A DNA stretch of 64,000 bases from Phyllosticta citribraziliensis. Its lineage: Eukaryota. A program made the translations under genes and the position numbers. The DNA is taken from assembly GCF_038025025.1 (NCBI RefSeq), contig NW_027117347.1, positions 372,001 to 436,000 of the forward strand. The letters are read 5' to 3'. The notes below the pieces were generated by a model, which worked only from the letters and a program-made list of their open reading frames with translations, was not told the origin of the DNA and ran no database searches. Shown here one piece after another: positions 25,442 through 37,000 of this stretch; the stretch's first letter is position 1, and each line of letters begins with the position of its first letter.

Positions 25442-27408
25442 TATAGGGGGGTACTCCTTATTTTACTATCCCCTAGTAAGTAAGAAGAAATAAGGATAAA
25501 AGGTAAGAGAGAGAGTATAAGCTATAGTCTATAGGAGGCTAGATTAGAGTAGCTAATTAGTATACTACTTACCCCTATTATATATACTCCTATAAATAGG
25601 GCTAGTAGGTAAGATATTATCCTAGTCCTTATTCTTACTATACTTATTATAGTACTAGATACCTATAGCTTTAATAATATCCTTATTAGTTAATAGAGGC
25701 TTATTAGGAGTAGGCCTAGTAATATTATTATCCTTATAGTAGAAGTAGGACTTCTTACTTAAGGTATACTTCTCTTCTTTAATAAAGACTAGGAATAGCT
25801 TATTATAAGTATTAATTATATCTAGCTTTATATTATAGAAATAACTAGCTAGTACCTTAGGATTACTAGCTATATCTATAACCTTTTTAACTTCTTTTAT
25901 AACTAATAGGGAGTCCTAGTAATAAGAGTAGACTAAGATATTACTAATTAAATTAATACTAACTACCTCTACTAATACTAGAAACTTATAGGGGTAATAG
26001 CTATATATATATAAGAAATTAGTAGGTATAACCCTAAGAGGGACCTAGTCTTATAGTATACTACTAGCTCTACCTAAATACCTATCTTATTAATTTCTAG
26101 ATAATTATAGTCTTAGTTAACTTTATAGTACTATAGGAAGATTATCTTATATATACCCTTTACTAGGCCCTTAGCTCTATATAGTATTATTAAGTAGGAA
26201 ATCCTAGTATTATAGGCTACTACCTTACTATTAGACTAGCCTAGGCCTCTATCCTTAGTAAACTTAGTAAGGTAGTTAAGAATTAGACCCTTCTTAATAT
26301 TAGTAATACCTACTATATTTATAGGGTTATATACCTTCTTAATAATAGTACTATCCCTATAATTCTTAAAATAAGGTATAAAGCCTTCTATTAAAATTAT
26401 ATAGTCTATATTAGTCTTACTATTAAAGGAGATAGTACCCTAAATTATATTAATACCCCTATTAGTATTAGTATAGTTATTTAAGTTAATATTAAAGTAG
26501 TAGAACTTAGTATAGTTACCCTTCTTTTAGTCCTTTATATATTATAGTATTATATAGAGCTAGTAAGTATAATTAGGCCTAAGTAAAATATATAGGAGCT
26601 AGTATACTAGGTATTAGTAAATAAGCTACTATACTAGTAAGTAGAATATTATATAATTCTAGCCTAGGTTTTAATAAGTATTAATCTCCTACTAGTACTA
26701 GAGGTAGTAGCTAAACTCCTTATTAATTCTAGAGTATATACTATCTAAGAAGCTAAAGAGAGAGCTATTAGTAACTAAATTATTAGTAGCCTTAAACTTA
26801 CTAAGTAGGGTAGTAGTAAGGTCTAAATACTAGCTATAACCTATACTAAATAGAGTAGTAAGACTCTTATTAAGGGTAGGGATTATATTCTAAACTATAG
26901 CTATAATAGCCTTAAACTAGGTATTATAGTTATAGCTAAATATATATAGACTAATAGTATTAGTAGGGTAAACTAGGTAGAAAGATAGTATAAACTAATA
27001 GTATCTATCCTTATAGGATAGGATATTAGATAATCTCTTATAGTTATACTAAATATATTCTAAGTAGAGGTAAATAATATTATCTATTCCCTACTTAGTC
27101 TAAAGACCTAAGTATTTACTAATCCTATAGATATAAGAGTTATAGTAGTTACTTAGGTTATACTAGTATCTAGCCTTACTAAGCTTATAAAGCTTCTTTT
27201 ACTAGGACTCCTTAGATATAGGGATAGCTTTAGTAGGAAATTTCTTATAAAATCTAGTAGATAAGATCTAGCTATTAATTCTAGTATAGGTATAGTACTT
27301 AGCTATATAAATCTTTTTAGTACTATTAGTTAGAGATATAATAATAACTTCTAGGTCTAAATCTACTTCTTTATTACTATAGACCTCTTCCTTATTATCC
27401 TTATTTAT

Positions 27409-30400
27409 TATTACGCGACACGGCGCGCGCAGTTTATATTTTATAGTGTCTAGTACTTAGTATTTACTACTTATATATATACTAGCCATTTCTAGTTAGC
27501 TAGGGAGTAGATAGTCATTCTATATAGGCTATATAATAACTACTCTTACTCCTTACCTATTAATTATTAGTAGTCTATATTAATTTACTCTACTAGGTAC
27601 TATAATACTATTAATAGGTCCTCTCTTACTACTTATAAGAGGATGAGACTTATTATCTATCCCTTACTAATAAGTTTTCTTACTTTAATCACACCCTATA
27701 AGGTATTAGGTTAAAATACTATAGTTTTAGATATACTAGAAGTACTAGGTATTATTATTTTTATAGTCTATAGCCTTAGGTAAGGCTAGTAAGTAAGATT
27801 CTAGACTAAGATAGTCCTATTAGTAATAGAGATATAATATTTTATTATATTATATAGTTAATAACCTATATAATAGCTAAGAGTAGCTAATCTACTAATA
27901 GTATAATACTATTAGCTACTCCTTAAACTATACTATTAGCTAGCTAGTAGTTAGCTACTACTAGCCTATTATCTAGCTAACCTATTACCCCTTAGGATAA
28001 TAATAATAATAAACTACCTACTATTACTTTACTAATAACTTAGTAGCTCTAGGAGTAGGTCCTAGTATAGTACTACTAGCCGGCACGGTTTTTATAGCTT
28101 TTAAGGGTTACTTTCAGCGATTATTATTCTTATTCTTAGCTGCAGTTTTGGCTCAGATATAAGTAGAAGATTAGGCTAGTAAGAAAACAAGACTATAGGC
28201 AGCTCTAGAATACTAGGAAGATATAGTTCTATATAGTTTAGTAGTAATAATAATAGCTAATAAAAGTATAAGTAAACTTAGTATCTTAAGTAGTAATAGG
28301 AGGTTTTATATTATTAGTATTTTTAGTAGTAGATTAGCTAGTTATATACCCCCTTTTATAGCTGCTTATTAAGAGGTACCACTTATATAAATAAAGTCTT
28401 TTATACTTAGTTAAACTATTATCTACTAAATTCTTAGTTATTTATTTATTTATACTTATTATTTATACCTGAGTCTTATACTGCTTAGATAATAAAATAA
28501 TAGCTAGATAGTAGCTTATTTTAGTTAGTTTAGTAGTTATTTTATTCCTATCCTATAGAGCCTACTTATTTACTACTAGTTACTATCTCTTATACCTCTT
28601 CTAGCGCTGGCATTTTAGCTGGCTAAGTAAGTATATTAGTAAGTAGCTGGTCCCGCCTACACTAGGGCTTATATAGGTAATTTATAATAGGGGTAATATA
28701 CTAGGCTATAAGGCCTAATACTAATTTACTAATCCTAAGTACTAGTCTAGTAATAGTATACTAGATAACTACTATATATAGTATAGTAGTATTAAGGGTA
28801 AGCTACTCTTTAATAGTAGCTAGTATTAGGATAATATAGCTAAGGCTATATATATTTACTCTTACCTAGCTAGTAAGGCTACTTTAGCTACTATTATTAA
28901 TAATAATAATAATAATAGTAAAGATAGTACTAATAATCCTAATATTATCTAGACCTTATTAGATAGCTTATATAGTATTATAGACTAGTAAAGCTATACT
29001 ATTACTTAGCTTACTATTATAGACTATATTACTAGTACTAGGGTAGCTTTTAAGATATTATTATATATATTCTATATATTAGCTTATTATACTAGCTAGG
29101 ATAGCTATATAGCTAAGGATTAGCTAATCTATAAGCTATATAAACTATTCTATAATATTACTATTACTAATATTATAAAAGGCTATATAGAGCTATTATA
29201 TATCTTAGGCTAGGCTACTAATATTAGCTAGGCTAAGCTATTACTAATCTTATAGATAATAAACTACTATAAGGGTACCCTCTATATAGCTATACTAGCT
29301 AGACTCTCTTATTAGGCTACTCCTACTACTAAAGGTACTACTAGTAGTATTAAATAGGAGTATACTACTATACTAGAAGATTATAGCTATTAGTATTATA
29401 GTAGTTAGGAGTACTAGATTAAGGACTATCTATATAGTAAGCCTATATATTATTAGCTAATTTATACCTATATAGCTACTAGTATAGAGGAGGTTACTAA
29501 AGAGTTTATAGATATAGTTAAGGACCTAGGTATTATTATTATTAGTAAGGGTAATATTATAGACTTAGATAAGTTATTAGGAAATAAGTAGCCTCCTATA
29601 AAACTACTATAGGAGGTAATACCTATAAGATAGCTATTAGTTATTTAATATAATTAGGGAATAGAGTTTCTAGTCCTTCTTACTACTCTTATACTATATA
29701 TATCTATATATATCCTAATATACTATTATAGCCTATCTATATCCTTATTAACTCTAGCTATACTAGTAGCCTATATATAAGCTAGTCCCTTAAGTATAAA
29801 CTTATTACTACTAGTACTTAGAAGTAATAGTTATATAAGCCCTAGATAATTAATAACTATATATATAGCTAGACCTAATATCTTACCTATAAGCTTATTA
29901 CTAGGTTATTATTTAGCTTAGAATATAGGGATAATTCTATACTTTTTAATCTATAGGCTTCTATAATAATTACCTAGATTAGTTCTTTATATAATTTATT
30001 TATTAGCTTAGAGTATATATACTAGTTTAGTTTTATACTAGATCTAGGATATATATTATTAAAGATTAGTAGAGTAAAGTTAGGTAGGTTATTTTAGTAT
30101 AGTACTAATTTATAAAATAATTTTTTAGCTAAATCTTAGGATATTTTAATATAGCCTTAAGTAGCCTCTAAGCTAATTAAATCCTTACTACCTACTTAAA
30201 TATTATCTTAGGTATTATAAACTAGTATAGCCTATCTATATATATCTACTACTAATATACTACTACCTATAACTATAACTATAACTCTCCCCTAGACTAG
30301 TAGCTAGTTATCTAATAACTATATCTTACTACTATTACTATCTATAAATAATACTACCTTATCCCTACTATAGCCTACTACTATAACTCCTATTAAGATC

Positions 30401-33400
30401 TTATATTATAGCTAATCTCTTAATAATAACCTACTAATCTCTCCCCTATAAGTTAGTATTAAGTAAGTTAGCTAGCTATACTAGTTAATATATTATAAGC
30501 TAGGCCTAATAAGGGAGCTATCTTAGTTATAATATTACTACTAAGTACCTAAGGATATTTCTATTATTAAAGAGACTATAAGTTAGCTTAATAAATAGAG
30601 CTATTCCTAGGTAAGCTTATTAGCTAATATAGTACTAATTATAGCTTTTAATATAGTCCTACTCTAATAATAGCTTAGTATTAAGGCCTACTCTATCTAT
30701 ACCTTTACTCCTATTAATAACTTAGAGTATACTAAACTTTATATATTAGAGCCTATCTTATAAGCTTTTAGTATTAGTAAAAATAAACCTTACCTCTATT
30801 ATACTATCCCTTATAAGTATTATAATCTTTTAGATATATTCTATAATACTAACCCTCTCCCTTATACCTATCTATAGACTAACTTCTATATAGAACTAAA
30901 GGATAGTACTAAACCTAAAGACCTTAGCTATATACTACTCTAATATACTAATAATATCTAGTTAGCTAAGATTAAGTAGTATATCTAGGAGGGTATTAAT
31001 CTTAGTATATTAGAGCCTAGTAAGGTAGGTATAGCCTTACCTATTTTACTTATAACTAAATCTAATAGTAGAGTTTATTTCTATATTAATTACTATAAGC
31101 TTAATAAACTTATAAAAAAGGACTACTATCCCCTCCTATTATTAGATAAGATAATTAGCTAGATAAGAGGTACTAAGTATATTACTAAGCTTAATATTAA
31201 GTAGGCTTTCTACTAAATATATATTATAAATAAGTAGACTAAGGACCTACTTATATTCTAGACCTACTATAGTACCTATAAGTACTTAATTATACCCTTT
31301 AGTATAGCTAATAGCCCTAGTACCTAGTAATATTTAATTAATAAGTACCTATTCTACTACCTTAGTAAGTATACTACTATATATCTTAATAATATCCTTA
31401 TTTATAGCTAAATACTTATAGATTATTAATAGTATATTAGATAGGTCCTTACTTAGTTATAGGAGTATAGTTTATAAGTTAATATTAATAAGTATAAGTT
31501 CTATATCTAGGAAACCTAGTTTTTAGGTATTATTATCTCTACTAATAGTATTTATATAGACCCCTTTAAGATTAATATAATTATATCTTAAGAGTAGCCT
31601 ATAATAGTAAAATAGGTCTAGTCCTTTCTTAGTACTACTAATTTCTACTAGTAATTTATTAAGAACTATAGTAAGACTACTAGGCTATTAATATAGCTAA
31701 TATATAAGGGTATTAATTAGTAATAGACTAATATTAAATAATAGTTATTTAATAGTCTTAAGTATACCCTTATAATAGTACTAGTCCTTACCTACTTTAA
31801 TCTAGCTTATAAGATAGTTATAGAAATAGACTTATTTAATTAGACTAATAGTAGCCTTCTCTCCTAGTATAATAATAAATAATAGCTTTACCCTATTATA
31901 TACTACTCTAAAACTATAGTACTAGCTAAGTTTAACTATACTATCTATAATAAGGAGCTCCTAGCTATTATTTATACCTTAGAATTATAGGAGCCTAATC
32001 TTAAGGCCTATTAGATACTATTTATAGTATTTATAAATTACTAGATATTATAATATTTTACTATTACTAAATAGCTAATATATTATTAAGCCTACTAGGT
32101 AGAACTCCTCTTAGAATATAACTTTAAGATTATATATTACCCTAGCTATACTAATATTAAGGCTAATACTCTTACTTACTATCCTTAGGATACCCCTACT
32201 ACTAATAACCCCTAGTAATAAATATAATACTAAACCCTACTCCTAGCTAATAAGCTCTTAACTAGTATATATAAGAACTAGGAGCTAGCTCTAGTAGATA
32301 ATAATAATAATAATATATTTATACTCTATTAGTTACTTATAGCTAATACTATAGATAATACTAAGATAAATAATTAGAGGTATTATACTAGTAAGCTAGA
32401 CTTACTATTTACTATTAATTAGTAGTAGAATATCTTTATAGATAGCTACCTTATTATACCTACTAAACTCTAGCTACTCTTTAAATATTATATCTATAAG
32501 TAGCTACTAATTAGCTACCTAGGCTAAACTTAGCTATATAACCTCCTAGTACTATAATTTTAATTTCCTTATCTTATCTTACTTATATTCTAAGTTATAG
32601 ATAACTATCTAAACTATATCTATATTTATAAAGCTTACCTAGCTATTTTAGGCTACCTTTAGCTACTACCTATTCTATTATAGCTATAGTAGTATATTAC
32701 TATAGACTTTATTAGCCTACTATTATATAGTAAGGGTATAGATACTATCCTAGTTATTTATAACTATTTTAGTAAAGTATATTACTTTATTACTATAGAT
32801 ACTATTAATAATAGGACTATAGCTAAAGCTATAGCTTATATACTTATAGACTATATCTTTACTATATATAGTTTCCCTCTCTCTATTATTTTAGACTATA
32901 GTAACTAGTTTATCTCTTACCTATAGGAGGGCCTAGCTTATATTATTAGTATTAGCCTAAAGCTATCTACTAGCTATTATCCTTAGACTAATAACTAGAT
33001 TAAATAAGCTAATTAAGATCTTAAGAACTACTTAAGATAGTTTATTAGGTTCTATTAGGATAATTAGTAACTACTACTATCTATTACCTAGTTTATAGCT
33101 AATAATATACTATATAAGAGCCTTAATAGCTACTCTCCTTTTTATATTTATTATAGCTATAAGCTATAATTTAATTTTAATACTAAAGCTACTATTTATA
33201 GTATCTATAAACTAATTATAGATACCTATTCTATATAACTATAGACTATATAAGCTATTACTTATACTATATAATAAGTCTAGGATAAGACTAAGTATAG
33301 TCTTATAGTTATATAATAATAAATAGCTATCTAAGCTAACTACTAGTATTAGGGTTATATTATTAAACTAGGTAAATATATATATACTCTATAGCTATCC

Positions 33401-34047
33401 TACTATACTTAATTTTTATAATAATAGTCTATATTAAGTTACTAATATATATAGTAACTAGGCTATACTATAACTACCTACTAGTTTATATACCTATAAT
33501 AAATTTAATATCTTATATCTTATTATTATAGGTAATAACCTATTACCTAAGTAATAACTAGCTACTAGCCTAGCCTTATAAGATAATAATAATAAGAATA
33601 AGGATACTAATTAGGAGGTAGAGGAGATTATAGGCTATTAGATATTAGCTAATAGGAGGCTCTAGTTTAGGGTAAATTAGACTAACTATCTATTAGACTA
33701 GGTATTCTATAATACTAATAATAGTAAGTTTAATAATATATATAATATTATCTTATACTATTATAAAAGGTACCTAGACCTTTACCTACCTATAGGTTAG
33801 ACCTATAACTAAGTAATAAGGATATTACTTACTAGGAGAGGGGGGTAGTATTATATAATATAGTAAATATAGTTTATATTTTATAGTATTTAGTACTTAG
33901 TATTTACTACTTATATATATACTAGCTATTTCTAGTTAACTAGGGAGTAGATAGTTATTCTATATAGGCTATATAATAACTACTCTTACTCCTTACCTAT
34001 TAATTATTAGTAGTCTATATTGATTTGCTCTACTAGGCACTATAATA
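27409..34047 (+). mobile_element. Full-length Ty3/Gypsy chromovirus, family A (LTRs 27409-27607 and 33849-34047)
   Basis: 5-bp TSD TTTAT on both sides; polypurine tract GGAGAGGGGGG before the 3' LTR; de-RIPed Zn knuckle (~29385-29430), RT RFC.DYRKLN....KD.YPLP (~31075) and YLDDILIYS (~31380), RNase H, integrase, chromodomain EVEEI.G....GRLQFRV.W (~33615-33680). Confidence 0.92.
28066..28661 (+). mobile_element. Solo LTR of family B inserted into the gag region of the family A element
   Basis: Inverted copy of 24846-25441, ends ...GCCTACA; 4-bp TSD CTAG (28062-28065 and 28662-28665); the empty site GGTCCTAGGGC is present in the other A copy at ~24287-24297. Confidence 0.9.
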
Positions 34048-37000
34048 TTTATTAGGAGAATAGTATTATTATTATTATTACTTCTATAGGCTAAACTTTT
34101 AATAGTTAGTATAATTTACTAGTATATATTAGGGGTAATAGGAGGGATATTAAAATAGTAGTATTTACTAGGCTCTTTCTTCTAAGGAGGGGACCTCTAT
34201 TACTTTAAAGTACTCTAGATATTATTACTAGGTAAGTTATAGCTTAGAGTTATATTTATAATATTATTAGATAATCTTACTAAGTTAAGGATATCTATTA
34301 AATTATTACTAGAACTAGTAAAACTAGTAGCTAATTTATCTATAAGAAGTACTAGGTTAATATTACTATTAGCCTAGGTAGTAGATAACTTACTACTAGC
34401 CTAGGGGAGAGTTATTATACTAGTAGCCTTACTAAATATTACTCCTATTTTATAAGTAGAGTAATAAAAGGCTTTATCTATATCCTTATTAGGACCTATA
34501 GTTATAGCCCTAATAAAATCTCCCTTATCTAAGTACTCTCTAAATAAGGTAGTAAACTAGCTAGTATCTATTTCTATAGGGGTATCTATTAGAGAATTAT
34601 AGTAAGTAGCCTATTCTAGTAATACCTCTATAAGCTCTAGAGTAATAATAGCTATATAATATATATATCCTTACTATAGAGACCCTTATTATATTAAGAG
34701 GTCTAGGTATAGGTAGGGTATTCTATACTTATTATAGACTATCTAGGTACCTATAACTTTAGGGTTATAGGATAGCTTTATAATAGTAATATACTAATTA
34801 ATATAGGAGATTAGCTTACCTAATATAGTCTAGGAAGCTAACTTTAGTAGTAGAGCCCTATAGCCTCTATCCTTAACTATAAGCTCTAGTAGTATAATCT
34901 TAGCTAGCTCTTTTTTAAGAAAATCTATATAAATAATACCCTTCTAAGTACCTATAATCTTTATAAAGCTACTAATATATTTTTATAGGCCTACCTTAGT
35001 ATTATATAAGCTAGTTTTACTATTCTTATCTAGATTAAGCTTAGTAAAGTTAAAGTTACTATTAATTATATTCTATATATCCTAGTAGTACTTATCTTTA
35101 TACTACTAGTCCTCCTTTAGTAAATTATAGTCTTTCTTAAAGATCTAGAAGTCTTAGGCTATATTATAGCTATAGTTCTTAAGATTATAGAATAAGGTTC
35201 CCTAGTTAATAGTATTATTAATAATTATACCTAGCCTAACTAGGCCCTCCTACTATAATTTATAGAAGTTATATAGCTAGTAAATAAAATTATAGTACTT
35301 ATCTAGGTATTCTTTATAGGATAAGTAAGTACTAATATAGTCTAGTATAGTTTCCTAGTCTCTCTAAGTAATAGTACTAGGAATATACTAGTAATAAATA
35401 AGCTCCTTTATAGCCCTATAGGGATTAGCCTTATAGGTATATTAGATAATATTACTATTAGCTAAGATAATAGTATTATTAGTATCTTTAGTAGTAGTAA
35501 TATCTATAGTAGGGTTAATAGGTATATCCTCTATTATAATAGTAAGGGGGAATTATTATAGGGGTAGTAGTCATAATAGTTAAATAGTAATTCTTTAGTA
35601 AGAGTACTACCTATACTAGGCCTAATTAGGAAAATTCTAAGATATCTTACTATAAGTAAGAGAAATAACTACTTAGAAGTAAATTACTTAGTAAGGAGTA
35701 GTACTAAACTAATATAAGGGCTAGCTTATAGTTATATATTATATCCTTATTAGCTTAGTATACTAAATAATAATACTAAAACTCTATTCCTACTTATAGT
35801 CTTAATAAAGGAATATTTTTAGCTTAGAACCTAATAGTTTAGTTATTAGGGTCCTAAAGATTTTTAGGGATATATAAGCTTATATATAGTATAGGGTTAT
35901 TTTATAGCTCCTAATTAGCCTAATAACTATCCCCTAGTCCTAGGGGGGAGTTATTAGTAGTATACTAAACTATAATAGGTAAATATTACTATTAGCCTCT
36001 TAGTACTAAACTTACTATACCCTTATTAATTTAAACTTTTCTTAATACTACTACCTCTCTTAAATATATAAACTTTACCTTAAAATACTAAAACTCTAAA
36101 AATCTAGATATCCTACTTATTTAATTTATCTAGGTTTTTACCCTTATTATCCTAGCTATTATTAAAGGCCTTATACTAATCTAATACTTACTTAGAATAT
36201 TATAGGATTTATATACCCTTTAGGGTCTTAGGGTATATAATTCTAGTTTTAGGCTAGGGTCTATTTAATAGGTATAATAGATATAATAGTTAGTCCTACT
36301 AGCTCCTACTAGTTCTTAGTAATAGATTAACCTACTAATAGACTATCTTAACTAGGTCTTTATCCCTACTAGTAAACTTTTTAAGCCTATCTCCTATAAT
36401 TAGATTTACTACTTTCTCTCTATTAAGTTCTTTAAGCTAGTAAGTATAAGTTTCCCTATTAGCCTTATAGATTTTAAATAATCCTTTCTAAAAGAAGTAA
36501 AGCTTTATTTTATACTTATTCTTAAGCTTAGTATAGTAGAATAGTACCTAATCTTCCTTATTAAATCCCTTATCTATTACTTCTCTAACTTATAGATAGT
36601 AGCTATTAAACTATTCTTTATTCTATTCCTATAGGTAATATACTTATAATATAACCTCCTAGAGCTTCTTATTATATAGGTTAATTTACTTTACTTATAA
36701 GGCTAATAGGTCTCCTATACTCTTTATATCTTACTATAATATAAGCTACTATATAGGTATCTCTATCTTAATAGGGAGTATATAGTCCCTCCTATATAAG
36801 ACCTCTATAGGAGTTATTTTAGTTATTCTATAAATTATAATCCTATTAACCTATAGGATACTATAAAAGTATAGTCTCTAGGGCTTAATATCTCTAATAG
36901 ATAGCTTAGCTAGTATATTATTAATTTACCTATACCCTCTTTTAACTATACTATTTAACTCTAGGTAGTATACTAAAATATTAACCTTAGATATATAGTA

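Larger units (their letters stand above)
25850..35574 (-). pseudogene. RIP-inactivated extra ORF of element B, split by the family A insertion (27409-34047); C-terminal 2OG-Fe(II) dioxygenase-like domain at ~25900-26800
   Basis: De-RIPed reading IDEEF..YL.H.REI....NLGW...MFHSL.QQLIRQ.P.Y.LLYVLLRPD...RL...PWY.K....GD.TKF-R-H-F-D-VNL...G...IQG.ISFD.E...DCTIL..GF...RIS.P..P-H-GA.GPA...R..IFPWY...LE....GTW.EL; ORF ends approximate. Confidence 0.65.
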
